64,000 bases of DNA from NCBI GenBank assembly GCA_003344405.1, contig NOWV01000117.1, positions 62,001 to 126,000 of the forward strand, written 5' to 3'. Below are positions 54,901 to 64,000 of the stretch, piece after piece. The translations under genes were made by a program, and so were the position numbers. Position 1 is the first letter of the stretch. Every line of letters begins with the position of its first letter. Source of the DNA: Trichoplax sp. H2. Lineage: Eukaryota. Below the pieces are notes generated by a model, which was not told where the DNA came from, did no database searches, and was given only the letters and a program-made list of their open reading frames with translations.

Positions 54901-57900
54901 TTTCTTTTCATTTCATTTTTGTTATGATATATATTAACAAAATGACTATTGTAATTTTATGGATCACGATAGGGTATAATAATCTTAATCTGATTATTTC
55001 TCATAGGCTACCTTAGAAAATTGATGATCATTATTAAATTAATTTAATTTTAACACAAAATTTAATATTTGTGTTGGCTATTAATTCTTTACTGCTTACA
55101 AACTGACATTGTACAACTATCAGCAGACAATGCAAGCACTTGTATTATAAGTATGATATAGTATAACTTTTAGATCAATTTTATCGTCTGTCGCTCAGAT
55201 GGTATATTATGCCTTAGGAAACCCGAAATAACGCTTTTTTCTCTCATAAATATCAAAATAGATTCAATAGATAGAATTTTTGTTTTATTATGAATGTGGG
55301 TGCTCTACAACTTGGTTGTTTCAATATAACAATACTATCATTTCTTTATAGTTATTAAACTAATCAGTAATAGATACTACGAAATGGGTATCTATCTTTG
55401 GGTTTATTGTTAGTTTACTGAAATGAAAAGATTTAATATTAGCAAAGTGGAAGAGATGAGGGATAATCGGGAGATAGAGATGTTTTTGTGCAAGATAGGC
55501 TGTTTTTTGGAAATGAGATAATTGTTGGTTTCTTTCTCGCTGATAATTTTTCATATTCAAAAATTGAAGAAAATGACAGCATATAAAATGGAGATCCAGA
55601 TTTCTATCAATTTTTTCTTTTATCCACGTACAGGTTAAACGGTTATCTTACAGCAGTAAATGACAGTGATACTGTAGAAAGATAGACGGTTATCTTACAG
55701 TACTAAAGGACAGTGTGATACTGTAGAAAGATAGACAATAAGACAAATTGGGTGTTTTGATCTCGTAATGAGAGCATAAGATCTGCCTTTGGGATTTCTC
55801 GTAATGTAAAGTAATGAGTCATATTGCTAAGCTTTATATTCTTGTTAATCCTTTAAAAAGAACCTTTGTCAATAGTACAGCAGTATTCGTACGAATAATT
55901 TAACGTTTATAAATGTCCTGGTGATACAACGAGAAAGAATTGTTTTTTATTCTTAATTGTCAGACGAACTAATTACTAATGTGAAATATAAATATAGTAT
56001 TTAGAGTCTAATGTTATCTAGGAGTGGAGATAGAATCATTACATAAATAGCGCAGTCTTTTAAAAATTACTGAATTCTAGATGCACGAAAGTTTTGCCCT
56101 CTGTTCTAAACAGTATATATATACAATGACCCTAGTCAATATATTTACCCGCACGTATCTCTATCGACTATTCTGTAGCATACTGTTGTTACTTTTATCA
56201 TCAAATTTGTTGTAGTTAGTGATTATTCTCGAATTTGAGCTATTTATAAGTATCAAAATCGATATTGTGTCTTCGATCTTGACAATTTATCACTTATACA
56301 AGTATATATATAACTCTTTATCTAGCTTATTTTAATAAAAAGGATTAGAAAGAATAAGGTGTAATAATAAGCCTTTAATATAAATAATTTTATTATTTAT
56401 CGTTAAAATTTTATATTGATTTATTTACCAGTGAAACATCAAGACTAGATCAAGAAGTTTATGTTGAACTCTGGTCCAAAGGTATAATATGGGATAAATC
56501 GTTGGGATCTGTGTGGTTACCGTTAGCTGATGTAAGACGTTCAAATGAAGATAGTACAGGGGATTGGTTTAATGTTATCCGAGAAGAAGACAAACCATTA
56601 ATGAATGGAACTCATGATAGCTTATACAGTATTCTAATTGATGCACGCTTCGAATTGCCATCTGGTTTGTACAATAATTCTACTTGAATTGTCAATCATG
56701 CAATAAATGATTGATTCTCCTATAGATAAATAATTATAGGAATTGCTAAAATTATTCGTATACATATCAACAATCTAAACGATACTATTTGCAAATTCAG
56801 ATTTAAGTAACAATGAAGCCAAAGAGCTTGAGAGAAAATTACAAAATTTATATAGCGTTTTTAAAGACGAAGTAAGTACAGTGATATAAAATTGTAATTC
56901 CATCCTTAAGCATATGCTTTTACTTAAATAGATGCAAATAAAAATCTAACGGCATGCATTAACCAATTTTATTCTCCTTTCAATAGATGGAATATTTAAG
57001 TCAGCAATCTAGAAGGCCAAGCATTCAGCGTAAGTATATTATAAGCACTTTAACTTAAAATTATAATAATTATTTGGCCTTTCATAAATTTAACATGGTA
57101 CTTTGTGTACCATATACGCGTGTCTTGTTTACCTAAAACAATTAATAAGGACATTTTAATATTACAGCCGACATTAAGTTTTACGATAATAGTACATCAC
57201 CATCGACACCGACCAATGGTCCCAACGATGATGATTTAGATAACGAACTACACGAGAATGGCCAAGATGGAAGTAGAAATGATTCAAGTAAGATCAACAT
57301 GTATTCCTTACGAAAGTGACAAGTTATAGGAGTATCTAAAGATGTAACATTATTCTTCTACGATGAGCTAAAGACACTAACCAATGCTTATGTTTTATAA
57401 TGGACGTAGTTACTAGTAGAGATCCAATTAGTAGCGAAGGAAATTTGAGCCGTAGAGAAAGCACTGGGATATCAGATACGGAGAATAATGTAGAAAACTC
57501 GACTGAACCTAACCCGCCCTTGGTTAATGGTGTTAATGGTGTTAATGGTAGTAATACACAACCTAAAATAGGTAATAAAAATCATTAACTTAATTTCATT
57601 TCAGCTACGACATCTGACAGTAATTCTACATATGTAATATATTAATGCTATTACGTTAAATATCTCTCAATATTAACATTCAAACTATAGAAATCACTCA
57701 AAGCGATAATCATAAAATTACTCAAGATACAAAGTCTAAAAAGGCTGCCGAATTATGGGCGTCTGCGTTCAATAAAATTAAGCCACAGAAAAATGCATCG
57801 GTATAAAGATATTGTTAAAATGCCTACTCTAGTATTTCATGCTTATTTCATTATTGAGCTAAGTTTCATGACTTACTCCTTGCAGCGCTCCAATAACCGA

Positions 57901-60900
57901 CCCAGATCTTTCGAATTTAATTGGTCGACTGTTTTAGCGGACGCAACAAAAGTAGTGCCGTAAGTTTCCTTTCTGTAATGTTATTGATACTAAATATTTT
58001 ACTATACTACTTGATTAACCTTGTATGTTATTACAGTAAGCCAATCTTTGCGATATATTATTGCAAATAAAGTACATCCAAATATTACTGTTTACTTCAA
58101 TATAACATGCTTTTAATGTCCGCATGAATTTCTTAAACTACTAAAGATTAAGCTGGAATAAAATCAAAAATACTGTACAAAATATTGTAACTAAAAAAAT
58201 ACCAATTAATGCAATATACTGCACTGTTGTAGTAGTGATAATACAGTAAAATTATAGTCCTAACGCGATCTATTTTTGCCTACTTACAATTCCGCACAAA
58301 TGCTTTTGCTGATTGATTAATATCTTTAAATTGCAATTGCTGGTTCTTGTTTATAATATCCAACTACATATAGAGACAATCGGGACATGTTCATCAAGGA
58401 TGTCAGCATTGCATTACCATTAATTGTAAGCATTCCACTCTTTTTATGTCGTGTTATACTAGAAAATTATGAAACCATACTTAACATCAATTCTAATTAT
58501 GACTGTTTTAAATTAGAATCGAACTCATCGAACAGTAGGGACTGTACCTCATCAGCCGTCGATCAATAATAGTGACTTGGTAAGGATAATAATCTATTCA
58601 CAGCTTTAAGCTGCTGTTTCATGAAAGTGAAGTTGCACTTTTTCATCAGATTTTTTATTAATTCGAATACGTAATGAAAGGCGCATTAAACAATTATTAA
58701 TTGCCTTATATAGAAATTGCGAGTCTATAAGAAAACCTTACAAGCGTTATTATATCCGATATCCAGTGAGTCAAGATTCTGAGCTAAAACTATATTCCAC
58801 CACAGTACTATTGTAGCATTACAAGATTTCTATAGCATTTTTACACATTACTGTGTAAATGCAAACTATTAGCCTTGACATATTTGATTACCACTGATAC
58901 CAACCTTTAATACTGCAGATTCTAGCCCTCATAATTTTGAAAAATGGAGTGCTAGTGGACCAACTTACTGTTGTGAATGCACAGGTTTATTATGGGGTAT
59001 TAGAAAGCAAGGCATGAAATGTAAAGGTAATTATTTCACTCTTAATAGTGCTACTTAGTCGTGATGCGGTTATGTGTTTTAATTTTTTGTACCTATTCTG
59101 CATAGATTATAAATATAGTACATGGTCCAGTAATAGAATTTACGTAATGTAATCACATTAATTGCAGTGCATTAGCATTAGATTCCACCAGAAGTATTGC
59201 ATGCGTCTTTTAATAGTTAATGTGGCACTGTATTGAGTGATGATCCTAGCCATTGAACAAAAATTTTGATATTATATTGTAAATGAATTGCCTTCGGAAT
59301 TTGAATTAGCGTGCGGTGTGAAATGTCATGAAAAATGCATGAACTTATTAAATGATGATTGTCTACAACGTAAGTTACATTGAACAATGTTTATCCAAGA
59401 AGCATTTGAAATTGTCTATTAATTGAAGCAGTCTGGTGTTGAAATACTATGCTAATCTAATACGTTCATTACAACGGAATAGGAGCTGCAAGCAAATCCA
59501 ATAAGCGTGGTTCTCGCGACAGGTCGCAACAAGTCAGACAAGATATGGCTAAACGAATGGATGATCAGGAATCATCAAATGCAGAGCTTTTTCAACTAGT
59601 CAGGTAATTTTTTATCCAAAACTATAGTCATGTAAGATCATTATTGAATATTGAGATTATATGCAATGGGTCTTGTCAGTGGATATTAAACTTCGTTTTA
59701 TGAATAAGTACCTTCATGTCTTACAATTGACGGAAACTGATATATTTGATCATTTCTAGAGATGTCTTCAACATTGAAAACAGGTTACATGTCGGCTACT
59801 TGAAACATGTACGACAGAGCATCTTAGATGGGACATCAAAGTGGTCGGCTAAAATCAAGACAAAAGGTAAAATAGAAATTTGACATATTGCACAATGGTT
59901 TATATCTACATAAAATATTCAGATTAAGGATAATATTCCTCTTTTACCAACATTGCAGTGGTGTGTGCACAAGGTCTTATCGCCAAAGATAGAACAGGTA
60001 CAATACTAACTACGTTTCATTGTCAAATGTTATCTTCTTGGATAGTTCTAATTATGGTTCTAACAATAAGTTCTAGCTAATAAATGTTCATAATAATGCC
60101 AACTATTTTTCTATTAGGTTTAAGCGATCCATATGTTACCGTTCAAGTTGGTAAAACAAAGAAACGTACTGAAACTGTGCAACAAAATTTAAATCCCGAA
60201 TGGAATGAAGAATTTGTTTTGTAAGTAGTATTTCTCTATGCTATTTTAAAAATATAATTAAGTATTCGCATCACAGTCAACTTTGTCGTAAATGATATTG
60301 AATAATCAGGCTATTTGATGAATTTCGTTCCATAGTGATTGTAATAATGCCTCCGATCGAATAAAAGTTCGCGTGTGGTTAGTATTTTTAACTACAAAAT
60401 AAATACCTTTGGCTTACTACAACACTGGAGCATATGATGCAGTTATGTATTGTCGTGGTCTAAGTTCTCATTGATCTTTCACTTAGGGATGAAGATGATG
60501 ATTTCAAATCCCGTATTAAATCAACATTTAGTCGCGAAGCTGATGATTTTCTAGGTCAAGCTATCATTGATGTTCGTACATTGAATGGCCAAATGGATGT
60601 TTGGTATAATTTAGGTAACTGCGCATTGATACTTTGCAATATGTTAAAGCTACATATACTTAAGACTCCATAGTTAAATTGAATATTTTCTTATTAACAG
60701 AGAAAAGAACAGAAAAATCGCTTGTATCTGGCTCCATACGTCTTATTATCAGTATTGATAAAGCACACGATAACGAGGAAAGCGTAGCACCTTATCACCA
60801 GCAATACACTTGTTTACATGAGGTAAAATCAATCCTCACCGTTGTTGCCTATCATAGATTGAGATTTCACTCGTAATTACGTACTAATCAGTCATACGTA

Positions 60901-63900
60901 ATTTTTAGAATCTGTTTTACTATTTATGTGAGAAAAATAATGGAAAAGTACCAATTCCAACTGTATCATCGACTGTAAGTATACGTCGTATTTTACTAAT
61001 CAACTGACGAAAGTATCATAGGTTACCAATTAATGGTTATTTGACCCTTATATATCGTTACGATATATTAACATTTAGGAAGATTCGTGGAAAGTCTATT
61101 TCCCTAAGGAGGGCCAAGAAATCTTGAGGGAATTTGCAATGAGTTTTGGAATCGAAGAAATCTATCAAGCAATGACGTAAGTCGTAGATTTTATATTATG
61201 TCTGGAAATAGCGTTTATTTCGCGTTAAAATTTCTGATCCTTACGTATTCAATTTGTTTCCTAAAAATGAAGGCACTTTTCATGCCTTACCACGCGCTTA
61301 ACAAGTCCTGGAGTACCAGCAGTCATGAGCTCTCTTTTAGCTAACATTAACGCCTATTATGCCCATACTACAGACTCTCACAATGCTAGCGATAGATTTG
61401 CTGCAGCAAACTTTGGTGTAAGACCTTTATATTGAATTTACTACAAATTCTTTCATAATTTATTCCTGTCCTCTTATCCAATCATAATTTTCGCTTGATT
61501 TATTTTCATTAGAAAGACAAATTTGTCAAAATTTTGGATCAGTTACATAATGTATTACGAATCGATATGTGCTCCTACAGGGTAAGATGGATCTATATAT
61601 TTGAGATACTTATTCTACAGAAATGTTTTGATTAACTTAATTATTACTGAATTATTTCAGACAAGTTTTCCGTCCTCTTCTCCTGAAAAATTAGCTGATC
61701 TAAAAGCTACGGTGGATTTATTGACGAGCATTACATTCTTTAGGATGAAAGTAAGGATAATCGATTGTTTAATTAGCAGCAATATCGAAGTACCGAATTA
61801 ATTAATAAAAATTAAATTGATTTATGTTATTTAGGTATTAAATATTACAAGTCCACCTCGTGCATCACAAGTTGTTACTGAATGTGTCAAAGTATGTTCG
61901 AAATAATGGCTGTATCTATTAATTTATCTGGAATAATAATTTTAACAGCATAGATAACAATTTTTCCGCTTTCAAACCAGGCTTGCCTTAAAAGTACCTA
62001 CCAATACATCTACCAAAATTGTACAGATTTATATGATAATGCTACCAATGATAATGAAGAGCCAGATACCAACAATATATCCAGTAATAGCGCTAATACT
62101 GTTAATGGGAATAACGTGAAACATTTCGATTTTTGGAGGAAATTAATTGGTGTTATCGTTTCCGTATTGGAAGAGGACAAAAATTGTTATACTAGTGTTT
62201 TAAGCCAGTAAGAGACTTAGAGATCTAGCGAATAGCTTTTAAATCCGATAGCAATTTACAGTAATAGGATGTTCTTAACTATACCTGCCTATTTCTAACT
62301 CTTCCAATATCTGTAATAAATTATTTTAGATTTCCTTCTGAATTGAACGTAGGCCATTTAAGTGCGGAGCATATTTGGGCTTACTTAGCACAAGATATGC
62401 AAGGATTCTTATTCGGTTTGTATTTTATCAAATCGCATTATAAATAATAGCGAAATTGTTAGTACGTTAAAAATTGATGAACGTGATTATCTATTATATT
62501 ACAGAACATGCTCAAGGCGATGTCATAGAAAATAATAACGAATTTATTAAACTTCAGTTCAAGGTCAGAAATTATTAATTATGACCTATTATATGTCAAT
62601 TTTTTTATACTATTTCCTAAAATTGATCATTCATTTAGTTTGAATGTTTATACCTTTACTATGTCGATTAAAAGGTGAAATGGTTATATGATAATTACTG
62701 CAAAGACATTCCAACATTTAAGTTAATTATTCCTCACTATCCATCGTAAGTAGCGACTGGGAATACAATATTTCGCCTTGAAGATTTCTTTATTGATTAT
62801 CTGATCATGTAATAATAAAATGTGTTTAATTATTTGCATCGTTAAGATGGTTTGAAGCCTACGTCATGCAGTGGCTACATGAGAATGAAGAAGCCTCAAC
62901 GGAATTTATGTACGGTGCTTTCAATCGTGATGAAAATAATGAAGACAATGAGGAAGTATGTCACTAAATAGCTCTAATTTTATAGCACTTACTGTACAAA
63001 AAGCAATTTTGAGCTAATGTGCACCTGATTTCTTTTCACAGTTTCAACCAATATCGGAGAGATCTCCATTTTCTAGTTCTGTCGTAGACATATTTTGCTC
63101 CTTAACGCAGGTATGCATTGTTTTTAACATTTATTTGACATGCATTAAAACCTATTTATGCATATTACTTTCGACCTTTTAGAGCTATGAAATAATAAAG
63201 AAAATGGAGTGTCCTGATCCGGCCCTCCTGGGAAAGTACATGGAAAGATTTTGCCGGGTTTGTACTTATTTACTGTAATACAGTAATTAAGCCCATGTAA
63301 TAGTATATATTTATCGACATCTGCTTTAGAATTCATATTCTTCTCCTTTAGACAATCACGTCGGTGTTACTAGGATATGCCGCTTGTATTTCAAGAGACT
63401 TTAAGAAATATTGTTCCTCAGAGAGAACGGTGAGCAAAACGAACATACGCGTACTTATATAAAAGATATTTTAAGTCTATCAAGATACGAATGCTGTCGG
63501 AAAAATATTCCGTTGATATAGAGTATTCTTATATACTTAGGCTTGTACCCTAATGAATAACATCCATCAAGCAACTGTACAATTAGAAAAATTATTTCTT
63601 GCAATGGGTGGTGATTCGGTAAAGCGCAGAAATTAGCATTTTAATCTAAATTATATGCACTGTTTGTATAACTGTTGACTAGGAAATTAACAGAATTCAC
63701 TGCTTGTATGGATAGCAAATATTTTATCATTATATTAATTTTTTGGAAATTGTAAATCAATTTAATTCAAAATGTGTTATATCTACTATTTTAGCTTGGC
63801 TCAGAACCAAAGAAAATTTTAAATGAACTACAAGGCAGACTTAAAGAAACAATAACACAAATCAGTTCTATCTTTGCCGATAGGTAACTAAATATTAACA

Positions 63901-64000
63901 TACGTAAATATAAGTAGATATCTTGGTACTGATTTTGCTGTAAATGTTAATCAACCGTGAATGCAGCCATGAACCAACAGTACATCAAGCTTTACTGAAG
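42914..64000 (+). CDS. unc-13: Unc13/Munc13 vesicle-priming protein (long C2A-containing form); 5' part only, gene continues past the window
   Basis: C2A is encoded by exon 1 42914-42935 MSLLCIR, exon 2 45190-45222 [11 protein letters not shown], exon 3 49874-49973 [34 protein letters not shown] and exon 4 56432-56664 [28 protein letters not shown]. Downstream: CaM-type site LWASAFNKI (~57745-57780); C1 [44 protein letters not shown]2[30 protein letters not shown]...RVWDEDDD...DDFLGQ; MUN region DRFAAANFG and [19 protein letters not shown]. The last exon seen ends at 63883. Confidence 0.97.
55639..55736. repeat. ~48-bp tandem duplication in Unc13 intron 3
   Basis: acggttatcttacag.a.taaa.gacagtg(tg)atactgtagaaagatag occurs twice (55639 and 55686). 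Confidence 0.85.

Noticed and set aside
43000-56400. Short ORFs within the long Unc13 introns as nested genes or transposon remnants
   Set aside because: No recognisable domains or consistent exon chains; consistent with random ORFs in AT-rich DNA.

Overview
AT-rich eukaryotic (animal) genomic DNA with compact genes, mostly ~70-150 bp GT-AG introns and one 20-N assembly gap. The base composition, intron sizes, gene content and (TACAG/CTGTA)n tracts suggest an early-branching metazoan, most likely a placozoan such as Trichoplax (inference, not verified). I spliced eight protein-coding genes by hand: CDC27 (+), an SLC35D-type nucleotide-sugar transporter (-), WDR4/TRM82 (+), CASC3/Barentsz (-), an intronless SLC35G/EamA transporter (+), a PP2D1-like PP2C-fold probable pseudophosphatase (-), an RNF126/RNF115-type E3 ligase (+) and a long Unc13/Munc13 gene (+) that runs off the window end. 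Six of these form three head-to-head pairs. The most notable non-coding signals are: self-complementary TACAG/CTGTA arrays restricted to 5' regions of genes; hairpins with GAC(T/C)AC...GT(A/G)GTC ends; several tandem or segmental repeats; and a candidate 11-nt mutually exclusive micro-exon in the Unc13 C2A region. I found no RNA genes, CRISPR arrays or autonomous transposons. All exon coordinates were read by eye and may be off by a few bases.
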